This document shows positions 7,881 through 16,544 of a stretch of DNA of 25,018 bases, piece by piece. This DNA is from Saprospiraceae bacterium (lineage in GTDB: Bacteria; Bacteroidota; Bacteroidia; Chitinophagales; Saprospiraceae). The notes under the pieces were generated by a model. It had not been told where the DNA came from, made no database searches, and saw only the letters and a program-made list of their open reading frames with translations. Location: the NCBI GenBank assembly GCA_031392195.1, contig JANMVA010000008.1, positions 1-25,018 on the forward strand, in the 5' to 3' direction. The translations under genes and the position numbers were made by a program. Position 1 is the first letter of the stretch. Each line of letters begins with the position of its first letter.

Positions 7881-9173
7881 TTATACCAACATTGCTACAG
7901 GGTTTTCGAGAAGTTGTTTGAATGTTTGAAGAAATCGCGCACCTGTTGCTCCATCAATGACGCGATGATCACAGGACAATGTCACCTTCATTATTTTGGA
8001 TGATGTGACAGTTCCATTCGACAGGCTGAGTTCATCTGCTATCGTTCCGATGGCCATAATAGCAGCATCTGGTGGGTTAATAATGGCAGTGAACTCATCA
8101 ATGCCAAACATCCCCAGATTAGAAACAGTGAATGTATTGCCTTGCATTTCCTGAGGTTGTAATTTCTTTTGTCTGGCTTTATCTGCAAGTTCACTTACGG
8201 TAGTATTGATTTTAGACATGCTCATGTTATCGGCTCCAAACAATACGGGTACTAATAAGCCTTCGTCGACAGCTACAGCAACACCAATGTTAATGTCTTT
8301 GTTGATACGGATTTTATCACCCATCCATGAAGCGTTAATGGAAGGATGTTGCTTTAACGCTACAGCAACGGCTTTAATCATAAAATCATTAAAAGAAATT
8401 TTTAACCCTGACTGATCATTGATAAGCTTCCTGGCATCTGAGGCACGATCCATGTTTATTTTAATCGTCAGGTAAAAATGAGGAGCAGAAAATTTGCTTT
8501 CAACTAATCTGCGCGCAATTGTTTTCCTCATTTGAGAAAGCGGAATATCCCCAAACTGAACTTGTGCAGGACTGCTGCTTTTTGTTGATTTTTCTTTGCT
8601 GGCAGCTACATAACTTTCTACATCACGCTTGATGATTCTGCCCCCGTCACCCGAGCCTTTCAATGTTCCCAGATCAATGCCGGCCTCTGCAGCAATGGAT
8701 TTGGCCAATGGTGAAGTCTTAACTCTCACATCATCTGTAGTGGGTCCATTATGGTTTCCATTTGTTTGAGGTGGGACATTCGTCACATCAGACGTTTTTT
8801 CTTCATTTGGTGTTTCTTTTTTACGGGAAGAATCAACCACTTCCGTTTCTTTTTCCTTTTTAACTGGATCTTTAGCTATCTGGGAAGATGGAGGTGTTAT
8901 GCCCTCGTTACCCTCAAGAGCTTTCTTGTAGTCTTCATCCTTTGCACCGATGACGGCAAGTACATCATTGACAGGAACCGGCCCTTCTTTAACACTTATA
9001 TACAGCAGATAGCCTTCATGGAAGCTCTCGAGTTCCATAGTGGCTTTATCCGTTTCGACCTCGGCCAAAATATCACCGGGAGAAACTTTGTCCCCAACTT
9101 TTTTCAACCAGCCCACAATATTACCTTCCTCCATCGTATCACTCAGGCGGGGCATACGGATTACTTCAGCCAT
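7881..9173 (-). CDS. pdhC: Pyruvate dehydrogenase E2, dihydrolipoamide acetyltransferase (single lipoyl domain)
   Basis: MPRLSDTMEEG and lipoyl-Lys in EVETDKATME; peripheral subunit-binding domain SPLAKSIA...GSGDGGRIIKRDV; catalytic domain FTVSNLGMFG...AIINPP and SCDHRVIDGA.GA.FL. Confidence 0.9.
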   Translation of the reverse strand: MAEVIRMPRLSDTMEEGNIVGWLKKVGDKVSPGDILAEVETDKATMELESFHEGYLLYISVKEGPVPVNDVLAVIGAKDEDYKKALEGNEGITPPSSQIAKDPVKKEKETEVVDSSRKKETPNEEKTSDVTNVPPQTNGNHNGPTTDDVRVKTSPLAKSIAAEAGIDLGTLKGSGDGGRIIKRDVESYVAASKEKSTKSSSPAQVQFGDIPLSQMRKTIARRLVESKFSAPHFYLTIKINMDRASDARKLINDQSGLKISFNDFMIKAVAVALKQHPSINASWMGDKIRINKDINIGVAVAVDEGLLVPVLFGADNMSMSKINTTVSELADKARQKKLQPQEMQGNTFTVSNLGMFGIDEFTAIINPPDAAIMAIGTIADELSLSNGTVTSSKIMKVTLSCDHRVIDGATGARFLQTFKQLLENPVAMLV

Positions 9174-9244
9174 TTTCTATCTGTTTATTGATCTGGTAAA
9201 ATTAGGTATATAGAATTGGAAATGAACACGCTCCTGCAAAAATG

Positions 9245-9282
9245 TCAAAAGCCCCTGATCACTGTAGACCAGGAGCTTTTGA
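9245..9282 (-). terminator. Intrinsic terminator hairpin downstream of the OmpA-family gene
   Basis: Minus strand TCAAAAGCTCCTGGTC-TACAGT-GATCAGGGGCTTTTGA: 16-bp stem with 2 G-U pairs, followed by CATTTTT. Confidence 0.75.
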
Positions 9283-9328
9283 ATACACAAAAAAATCTAT
9301 CTCAAATAACCCTATGCAAGATTATTGA

Positions 9329-11134
9329 CTAATAACCTGAATTCCGGTTTCCGGAATATTTTGAACCAGGTCTTGAAGAACCGGGGGTATTTTTACCCGC
9401 ATCCGGACCTGAAGGACGGCTCATATCGGTATCAGTCGGTGTAGCCACGCGAAATTCTACGCGACGATTGATATAATGTTTGTATTCTTCTGTTGATGAT
9501 ATATTATGACTATCCTCAAGTCCCTTCACAATAGGAGATTGTTCTCCTCCATAACTCAGGATGAAGCGGCTGCGGGGGATGTTATAATTTTCGACCAGGT
9601 AGTTAATTCCAGCATTTGCCCTGTTATACGACAATACATTGTTATACTCAGTTGAATTGCGATTATCAGTGAAACCATGAGCAACAATTTTCATGTCCGG
9701 ATGAGAATTCATGACTGAAGCTACATGGTGTAGCGATCCGTAGAATTCCGGTTTTACGTAATACTTGTCCAGATCAAAGTGAACCATTGGAAGGAACCAA
9801 CTAAGTCCACCCATTGCCCCACCTCTTGCATTGATGATATTGACCACATCATCTTCAGTCAAATAACCTTCATCAGGGACTTGAGCGACACCATTATTGT
9901 CCACTTCAAATCCGGGAGGGGAATATGGTTCCTGGTCTTTACAGTCAACTACAGAATCACCATCACTATCTAATGTAACACCTCTGGTGTCTACCGGACA
10001 GCCTGCAGGTGTATTTATTTCCTGGTCTGTCATGTCGATGACACCGTCACCATCACTGTCAGTCAGGTCAAATTTTGGACGTTGCTTCAGTTCGGCAATA
10101 TCAGTTAATGGGCCATCTAATGGATTAACCCAATACAATGGTTCGATTCTCTTTTCAAATGAACCGAGATTTATGCCCAAACGTAATGAGGTGTAATGAG
10201 CTATATCATTGCTAGTCGTTTCATCAAAGTTCGTTCTGTCTTCAAACCCATCGAGCAAGTCATTATCGCTGACGATGACACGATGTTCAAGGCCGAGGCT
10301 AATTCTTCTTGACAATTTACGAGAAACCCCTATTCCAAAATGAAAGTGAGGAATAACAGTTTTATGATCTCCAAACACCGTAATGACGTCTTTTTCAATT
10401 CCACCTGCAGTCTCAAAATCCCCATCAAGCAGTTCTTTTAATCTTTTACGGGATTCATTTCTGCCATCTTTTGTCTCCATATCAAGCCCTTCAGTAACTG
10501 AAGAAAAATCATATAGCTCTTCTCCATTCAGGAGGTCAACAAATGTCTTCGGAAAGCCTAATCCTGCACCAAGGACAATGAAAGTATTCCACTTATTGGA
10601 AGGATTATGAAATAGAATGTTGCCAAAATTGAAAATTCCTTCAAGCGATAGATCCAGAAGATTTGTTTTGTAATTCCGGTGAATGTTGTCAGAATTGATG
10701 GTTTCATTCGTATAACCTGCGAGAATTGGGACAGCCTCAATATTCTGGCCATAAGTCCTTTCAGAAGCCAGAAAATTAAAATTCCTTGCATCATATCCTT
10801 TTGATGATTGATACGTACCATCCAATCGGAATGACAGACTGTAGTTAATCGCTTTCCTCAAATGGAGTCCAAACCCATATCCTGCTGGAAAGGGAGCTTC
10901 AACATCACCTGAAATAAAAGCGGGCCCGGCATGAATGCCAAGCTCCCACATGTTTTTGGGTTTAGCAGAGTAAACTGCCTGACCAGTCCGCCACATTTTA
11001 TTTTGCTCAGGATCCGCAGTCATCTCATCTTCGATGACAGGGGCAGCAAATTTATCTTCGGTGTTCTGGGCCCAGAGGTTTGTTCCGGCTAAAAAGAGGA
11101 GTGTTGACAGCAGGACATAGAAAAGTCGTGTCAT
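9329..11134 (-). CDS. OmpA family outer-membrane protein (N-terminal beta-barrel, TSP3-like Ca-binding repeats, C-terminal peptidoglycan-binding domain)
   Basis: Signal peptide (..NLWA/QN), amphipathic beta-strands, DSDGDGVIDMTD and DSDGDSVVDCKD repeats, and an OmpA_C domain (VHFDLDKY, HGFTD....EYN..LS..RA, NRRVEF). Confidence 0.88.
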   Translation of the reverse strand: MTRLFYVLLSTLLFLAGTNLWAQNTEDKFAAPVIEDEMTADPEQNKMWRTGQAVYSAKPKNMWELGIHAGPAFISGDVEAPFPAGYGFGLHLRKAINYSLSFRLDGTYQSSKGYDARNFNFLASERTYGQNIEAVPILAGYTNETINSDNIHRNYKTNLLDLSLEGIFNFGNILFHNPSNKWNTFIVLGAGLGFPKTFVDLLNGEELYDFSSVTEGLDMETKDGRNESRKRLKELLDGDFETAGGIEKDVITVFGDHKTVIPHFHFGIGVSRKLSRRISLGLEHRVIVSDNDLLDGFEDRTNFDETTSNDIAHYTSLRLGINLGSFEKRIEPLYWVNPLDGPLTDIAELKQRPKFDLTDSDGDGVIDMTDQEINTPAGCPVDTRGVTLDSDGDSVVDCKDQEPYSPPGFEVDNNGVAQVPDEGYLTEDDVVNIINARGGAMGGLSWFLPMVHFDLDKYYVKPEFYGSLHHVASVMNSHPDMKIVAHGFTDNRNSTEYNNVLSYNRANAGINYLVENYNIPRSRFILSYGGEQSPIVKGLEDSHNISSTEEYKHYINRRVEFRVATPTDTDMSRPSGPDAGKNTPGSSRPGSKYSGNRNSGY

Positions 11135-11173
11135 AGGGTATACATTTTTAAGATATGATCAATTTGTGTTTGG

Positions 11174-11204
11174 CAAAATTATCCTTTTTCCATTATAAAA
11201 ACAA
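11174..11204 (-). promoter_or_regulatory. Bacteroidota -33/-7 promoter of the OmpA-family gene
   Basis: Minus strand TTG (11204-11202), 20-nt spacer, TAATTTTG (11181-11174), 39 nt before ATG 11134. Confidence 0.65.
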
Positions 11205-11287
11205 TAACGGTTAGAAGGTTTAGTAAACAGTTAAATAAAATTGAAATCCCAGAGTAAGAATAATTAACATATTACGATATTAATTAA

Positions 11288-11295
11288 TATATTTG
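11288..11295 (+). promoter_or_regulatory. -7 element TATATTTG immediately before the arginase-like gene
   Basis: Exact TAnnTTTG, only 4 nt before ATG 11300. Confidence 0.55.
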
Positions 11296-11299
11296 ATAT

Positions 11300-12298
11300 A
11301 TGATCTCGCATTGGTTTCATCCGGAAGACCGGAATTCTATTCGACCTGAAAGGTTAAGCAAAAGCTCCCTGTGGCATCAGGTCCGATTTGTTCATGAAGA
11401 GGAAGCACCCTGTACTTCGGGGGATCTCGTTCTAATCTCATTCGACAGGCATGTTTCAAAACGGGTGAAAAAATACCTCTTTCAGTTCACCAACATGCCA
11501 GGTTCATCCTTGAGAATCCTGGATTGTGGCATTTTTGTTCAGAATCAACCGGAAACACTCCTTCCTATCCTGGAAGAAATATGCTCCAGTGGAGCAACTG
11601 TTTTACTCCTGGGGGCTCCCCTTGGACTGATGAAAAACCTGATTTCCGGCACCCGAATGGTTAGTGTCATTCGGGAATCCAACCTTGATGATGACATTTA
11701 CCTGCGCACTGAGGGACAGAGTCCATTGATCCAGTATATAGGCACACAAAGGCATCTTGTTTCTGAATCAAATGTCCAGATTGAAGGCCATCTGAGATTG
11801 AGTGAACTGAGAGAGGACCTCGGACTTGCTGAACCTTGTCTTCGTGATTCTGAGGTATTACTATTTAATTGTGATAGCCTTAGTGCTGCGGAAGCAGGAT
11901 ACATGACCGGTATTAGCAGTAGCGGACTTACTGTTATGGAAGCATGTCAGTTGTTTCGTTATGCCGGTGCAAGTCAATCTATGAACGTCATTTCGATCTA
12001 TGGGTATAATTATGAGTCAGATGAAAATGGTCTCACTGCTAATTCAATGGCCCAAATGATTTGGTACCTGATGGAAGGTTCGATGTTAAAAGAAGATCCG
12101 GAACGAAGCACATTAACCCAATATATAGTACAGCCCAAAGACAATGATCATCTACTTAAATTTTATAAAAGCGAGGTCTCTGGCCGGTGGTGGATTGAAA
12201 ACAGATCTGGTGGAAAAATTCCCTGTTCTTATCAGGACTATCGAAAAGCATGTGAAGATGATTACTCCGGTATAGTCATCAGGTCCATCCTTGGTTAA
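11300..12298 (+). CDS. Arginase/formimidoylglutamase-fold protein, apparently lacking metal ligands
   Basis: Resembles the conserved Bacteroidota arginase-family protein: LLGA, YIGTQRHLV, HLRLSELREDL..AEP.LRD, SGLT..EACQLFRYAG, AQMIWY..EG, S.RWW, IPCSYQDY. Confidence 0.75.
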   Translation: MISHWFHPEDRNSIRPERLSKSSLWHQVRFVHEEEAPCTSGDLVLISFDRHVSKRVKKYLFQFTNMPGSSLRILDCGIFVQNQPETLLPILEEICSSGATVLLLGAPLGLMKNLISGTRMVSVIRESNLDDDIYLRTEGQSPLIQYIGTQRHLVSESNVQIEGHLRLSELREDLGLAEPCLRDSEVLLFNCDSLSAAEAGYMTGISSSGLTVMEACQLFRYAGASQSMNVISIYGYNYESDENGLTANSMAQMIWYLMEGSMLKEDPERSTLTQYIVQPKDNDHLLKFYKSEVSGRWWIENRSGGKIPCSYQDYRKACEDDYSGIVIRSILG

Positions 12299-13596
12299 AC
12301 CGGTTCAAGAATTTTCTCAAGATGCATTGAACGTGATCCTTTCAGTAGAAGGGCTTTACCCTTACATTTTTCCCACTGCCAGTCTTTTTGAATTTCCTCA
12401 ATCGTTAGTGCAGTTATGATGGATTGATCTGCTGTATCCATTTCTTTCAGCGCGTGGATAAATTCTTTGCCTACAAGGATGATGTGTTCAAAACGAAGTT
12501 GAAGAATAGTGCGTATCACATGTTGATGAAGATCGTTGCTTTCATTTCCAAGCTCTTTCATGTCACCTAGTAAAAGCCAGCCATTCGGAAATTTTTCCTT
12601 GAAGGCATGGAGTGCCATTTCCATACTGGAAGGGTTGGCATTATAAGCATCTTTTATGATCGTACATCCATCAACCATGGTTGTTTCTGATCTGTTGGCA
12701 CCTGATCTGAATGAGGATAGAAAACCGATCATCGCCGAAAGATTAACATCAAAATGTGATCCGACAACATAAGCAGCCACCATGTTAATCGCATTATAAT
12801 CTCCAAAGAGGAAAGAAGGAATGGTTATATCACCCAGGATAAGTGTAAAGCCCGGTTCATTTTTATTTGAATTTAACTCAAATGCGTATTCTGCTTTGCT
12901 TTCGCGGCCAATCCCATATGTAGTTTTTAGTGGGAGATTCTCTGCCATTTTTACTAAACGGGAATCGTCTGCGTTAACGAAAACAAATCCATTCGTGTGT
13001 GCGAGGTATGTATATAACTCACCCTTCGCCCGCTGGACTCCCTCTATACTTCCAAAACCTTCCAGATGCGCCTTTCCGATATTCGTGATGAGTCCATGTG
13101 TCGGCATCGCCAGATCACATAGAAATTGAATTTCACCTTCATGATTGGCGCCCATCTCAATGACAGCTATTTCAGTATCGTCAGGTATGCTCAAGAGTGT
13201 AAGAGGCACGCCGATATGATTATTATAGTTACCGGCTGTGGCATGTACTTTATATTTTTTGGATAGTACACCAGTGATTAGCTCTTTAGTTGTTGTTTTC
13301 CCGTTCGATCCTGTGATCCCAATGAAAGGTATCCAAAAATGACTACGATGAAATTTTGAAAGTTGCTGCAGAGTATCTAATGTGTCTGGCACATGAATAA
13401 AGCGCTCATTTTTTAATGAGGGATCTGAAATAACTGCATAAGCTGCACCTGACTTAAGAGCTTTATGCGCGAAAGTGTTGCCATCAAATTTTTCGCCTTT
13501 CAGGGCAAAAAAGATGCAATCCGGTTTAATCTGCCGCGTGTCTGTTACGATCGTTAGGTGACGACGGTATATTTCATATAGAGTAGGGATGTCCAT
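12295..13596 (-). CDS. murF: UDP-N-acetylmuramoyl-tripeptide--D-alanyl-D-alanine ligase
   Basis: TDTRQI, FFALKGEKFDGN.FA, GITGSNGKTTTKEL, NYNNHIGVPLTLL, EMGANHEGEI, DAYNANPSSM, LGDMKELG, LLKGSRSMHLE. ATG 13596 preferred. 4-nt convergent overlap with the arginase-like gene. Confidence 0.97.
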   Translation of the reverse strand: MDIPTLYEIYRRHLTIVTDTRQIKPDCIFFALKGEKFDGNTFAHKALKSGAAYAVISDPSLKNERFIHVPDTLDTLQQLSKFHRSHFWIPFIGITGSNGKTTTKELITGVLSKKYKVHATAGNYNNHIGVPLTLLSIPDDTEIAVIEMGANHEGEIQFLCDLAMPTHGLITNIGKAHLEGFGSIEGVQRAKGELYTYLAHTNGFVFVNADDSRLVKMAENLPLKTTYGIGRESKAEYAFELNSNKNEPGFTLILGDITIPSFLFGDYNAINMVAAYVVGSHFDVNLSAMIGFLSSFRSGANRSETTMVDGCTIIKDAYNANPSSMEMALHAFKEKFPNGWLLLGDMKELGNESNDLHQHVIRTILQLRFEHIILVGKEFIHALKEMDTADQSIITALTIEEIQKDWQWEKCKGKALLLKGSRSMHLEKILEPV

Positions 13597-13621
13597 TTCA
13601 CTCGAAATCAAATGCCATGCG

Positions 13622-13629
13622 AAAAGATA
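13622..13629 (-). promoter_or_regulatory. Possible -7 element (TATCTTTT) for murF
   Basis: One mismatch to TAnnTTTG; lies just after the gldJ terminator and 25 nt before the murF ATG. Confidence 0.35.
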
Positions 13630-13635
13630 TAAAAG

Positions 13636-13666
13636 AAAACGCCCTCGCTGGTGGCGAAGGCGTTTT
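13636..13666 (-). terminator. Intrinsic terminator of gldJ
   Basis: Minus strand AAAACGCCTTCGC-CACCA-GCGAGGGCGTTTT followed by CTTTT: 13-bp stem with 1 G-U pair. Confidence 0.8.
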
Positions 13667-13688
13667 AGTTTTATTTTTACAATTCAAA

Positions 13689-15188
13689 TTATTTATATCT
13701 TCTCTTTGTTTTGGACTTGCCACCACCGAAGTCATGTCCTCCAATCTCTCCACCCGGTTCGGATCCACCCACTTGGTGCATTGCGCAACGGAATCCAATC
13801 GTACGATCACCTTTCGTTTGGTTTTTGAATCTGCGCGTAGCAGGAGATAACCAATACAAACGATCTGCCCATGAACCACCTTTCACAACGCGTGAACTAT
13901 CATTGATCAAAGTGGATTCACCATATGCATAGTCAACTGCTTCGCTGTCATCATCGCGATAATCAAGTGCATTCCCTTTCTGGTAGTTTTCTCTCTCCAT
14001 AGCGATGGAATCATCCACAATGGTATATCGGAGTCTTCCAAGGCTATCTTTCTCAACCGGACGACCATTTTCATCTCTTACTCTTTCCTTGAAGATATTT
14101 CCTCGGAAAGGGTTCAGGTCCTGATTTTCAACATCGCGTAATGTCGAGCTGGTCATCGGACGGTATACATCTCCTGTCCACTCACTGACATTACCTCCCA
14201 TGTTATAAAGGCCAAAATCATTTGGGAAGAAGGCTTTCACAGGTGATGGGAAAGGAGCATTATCATTTGGCTTGCCCGCTGTACCCATGTAATTTCCTCT
14301 GGCTTCCTTGAAGTTAGCCAACATCCGGCCTTGGTTTTTATCATGTATTTTATAACGTGCACCAGTACCATCCCATGGATAGATCCGGCGATCAGAGATA
14401 AGTTCGTCTTTCTTTGAAAGGTTGTTTCCCTGGAGAGCTAGAGCAGCATATTCCCACTCAGCTTCTGTAGGAAGGCGGTAGGCTGGAAGCAGGATGCCAT
14501 CTTCAAAACGAACAGGGCGCTCTCCTCCGGTTTTCAGGTCTGGAAGATTCTTTTTCACACTTCCTGTATATTGTCCAAAAAGATAGGACTCAGTATTGAA
14601 GTTGTCCGAATCTTTCTGATCCACATTCAAGTTGAGGACACCCTTTTCAACCAAAAGCATCTCATTGACCCGGTCTGTACGCCATTCGCAGAATTTATTG
14701 GCTTGTTCCCATGTGACACCTACAACAGGGTAGTCATTATAGCTTGGGTGCCTGAAATAAGTCTCAACCATAGGCTCATTGAATGCAAGCTCTTCACGCC
14801 AAACCAGTGTGTCAGGCAGAATGGAAAGCACCTCTTGAGGATAGGATTCACCCAGTACGCGGCTCACCCAGTAGATAAATTCACGGTAGTGAGAATTTGA
14901 AACTTCAGTTTCATCCATCAGGAATGAAGAAACAGTCACCCTGCGAGGTACATTGTCCCATTCATAGGTAACATCCTGATCTGTAAGACCCATCGTAAAG
15001 GTTCCACCTTCAACAGCAACCAGTCCGGGACCAATTTCCATGTCTCCATGAGTTCCTTTTTCAAATCCTCCCCATTCCTGGTCATTGTACTTCCATCCGG
15101 TAACTGACGAACGTTCTGTTCCCTTTTTACAAGCGGTAAAACCAAGAATCATTACGGCACTGAGACCAATTAAAATCGTTCTTTTCAT
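13689..15188 (-). CDS. gldJ: Gliding motility lipoprotein GldJ (FGE-sulfatase-fold)
   Basis: Lipoprotein signal (GFTA/C20), S.VTGWKYND..WGGF, VEGGTFTMG, MDETEVSN, YPVVGVTWEQAN.FC.WRTDRVNE, YRLPTEAEWEYAA, PNDFGLYNMGGNVSEW, VKGGSW, IGFRCAM. Adjacent to murF, the known gldJ-murF synteny. Confidence 0.9.
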   Translation of the reverse strand: MKRTILIGLSAVMILGFTACKKGTERSSVTGWKYNDQEWGGFEKGTHGDMEIGPGLVAVEGGTFTMGLTDQDVTYEWDNVPRRVTVSSFLMDETEVSNSHYREFIYWVSRVLGESYPQEVLSILPDTLVWREELAFNEPMVETYFRHPSYNDYPVVGVTWEQANKFCEWRTDRVNEMLLVEKGVLNLNVDQKDSDNFNTESYLFGQYTGSVKKNLPDLKTGGERPVRFEDGILLPAYRLPTEAEWEYAALALQGNNLSKKDELISDRRIYPWDGTGARYKIHDKNQGRMLANFKEARGNYMGTAGKPNDNAPFPSPVKAFFPNDFGLYNMGGNVSEWTGDVYRPMTSSTLRDVENQDLNPFRGNIFKERVRDENGRPVEKDSLGRLRYTIVDDSIAMERENYQKGNALDYRDDDSEAVDYAYGESTLINDSSRVVKGGSWADRLYWLSPATRRFKNQTKGDRTIGFRCAMHQVGGSEPGGEIGGHDFGGGKSKTKRRYK

Positions 15189-15220
15189 TCCTTAACTCAA
15201 TGTGATTGTTAAAAGAGGGT

Positions 15221-15292
15221 CAAATATACATTTTCTGAAACGATACCTTCCCACAAATATTGTTACTGTTTTTTGCTCCTTATGGCAAATAT
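15221..15292 (-). repeat. Three phased ATATTTG direct repeats upstream of gldJ; the proximal copy is an exact -7 element (TATATTTG)
   Basis: Plus strand CAAATAT at 15221, 15254 and 15286 (spacing 33 and 32 nt). Confidence 0.6.
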
Positions 15293-15313
15293 TATGCCCC
15301 TTCCGGGTAGATT

Positions 15314-16351
15314 TTACCGGAATATGTTAAGGCAATCATTATACCTTGATTCAGTATCCCCATCATCCAGATGATAGACGATGCCCACTTCATGAGTGCC
15401 ACCATTGTCAGGAAATCCACTGATTGTATAGTCGAAACTATATCCTACTCTTAAATGGTTGGTTCTGAATCCAATAGAAGCGATCAGGGCTTCTGATTTG
15501 CCTGAGGATATGCGATAATGTAATCCCAAAGTGAGTAATTCTGCATCGATCGTCGCACCTCCATTGATCTGGTTGAACGGACCTTGTCTGACCAGGATAA
15601 TGGAAGGGGAAAAGTTAATGGCTATGGTTCTTTTAAATACCTTAGAAAACATTGGCATTTCTGCACCTGCATGAATAGTCCAGCGCAATGGAATTCTGGG
15701 GGATAAACCAGGGTTAACCGAAAGGAAATCAGGATCTGGTCTGTTCATGTGCCTGACCGCGATTCCGCCATAAATCGAATTGCTGTAAAGGATTGTCCCC
15801 ATTCCGAGGTCTGCATAGATCACTTTATTCTTGTCCGGCGAGGTTTCTTCAGTGGGAAATGGCAGTCCTCCGGGACTGATAGTACCGGTATATTCATCGA
15901 TCTGGTCACCAAATATCAGTTGGTTCCAGTTCAGAGTAGACTGTACAATCCCAATTTCAATACCGGTTTTAGAAGATAGTTGATCATTGAATTCAAGGAG
16001 GTAGGAAAAAATTCCCGCGGCTTTCAGGGTTTTGAGGATGCCATCTCCGGCATCATCTGCAAGTAACCAAATCCCTGCCCCGCTGTTTATGCTGGGGAAA
16101 AACTGGTCATAGGATATAGCATACGTCCGGTAAGCATTATTGAATCCCGGGAATTGATTTCGGTAGTTTGCTGCGAATCTTGGGTCCTCTGTCAGGCCGG
16201 CTAATCCCGGATTCAATTGAAGAGGTGAGAGGTAGAATTGTGAAAAAACCGGATCCTGGGCCTTCAATCCCTGGTTCAGCGAAATAACCATGAGCAGGAT
16301 CACAAGTGAAATGAGGTATACGGCCTTCGATGTTTGTCGTGAAGTATTCAA
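15314..16351 (-). CDS. T9SS PorP/SprF family outer-membrane beta-barrel
   Basis: Signal peptide then QDPVFSQFY..PL.LNPG.AG, ANYRNQ, SYD, G.....D.AG, GYSFD, GGTHEV: the PorP/SprF signature. TTG start. Confidence 0.9.
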   Translation of the reverse strand: MNTSRQTSKAVYLISLVILLMVISLNQGLKAQDPVFSQFYLSPLQLNPGLAGLTEDPRFAANYRNQFPGFNNAYRTYAISYDQFFPSINSGAGIWLLADDAGDGILKTLKAAGIFSYLLEFNDQLSSKTGIEIGIVQSTLNWNQLIFGDQIDEYTGTISPGGLPFPTEETSPDKNKVIYADLGMGTILYSNSIYGGIAVRHMNRPDPDFLSVNPGLSPRIPLRWTIHAGAEMPMFSKVFKRTIAINFSPSIILVRQGPFNQINGGATIDAELLTLGLHYRISSGKSEALIASIGFRTNHLRVGYSFDYTISGFPDNGGTHEVGIVYHLDDGDTESRYNDCLNIFR

Positions 16352-16544
16352 AGATTCAGGAAAAGAAGCATTTAATGTAATGTACCGTTTGCAATGGAGA
16401 CATTATATGAATGAGTTGCGTTAACTTAAATTGTATTCAATCCTGAAGATTAAGGTCTAAATTAATGAACAGGTTTCAGCAATAGAACCAATCCTTTAAC
16501 GTTTGTATAACGAATTTATATTTTCATCAGGTCAGCATTTTGGT

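Noticed and set aside
8751-9191. 146-aa plus-strand ORF
   Set aside because: Antisense shadow of the E2 lipoyl/linker region; its Phe-rich composition mirrors the Lys/Glu codons.
13598-13932. Several overlapping small ORFs around the gldJ/murF junction
   Set aside because: They overlap the gldJ 3' end, the terminator and the murF start; no coding signal or motifs.
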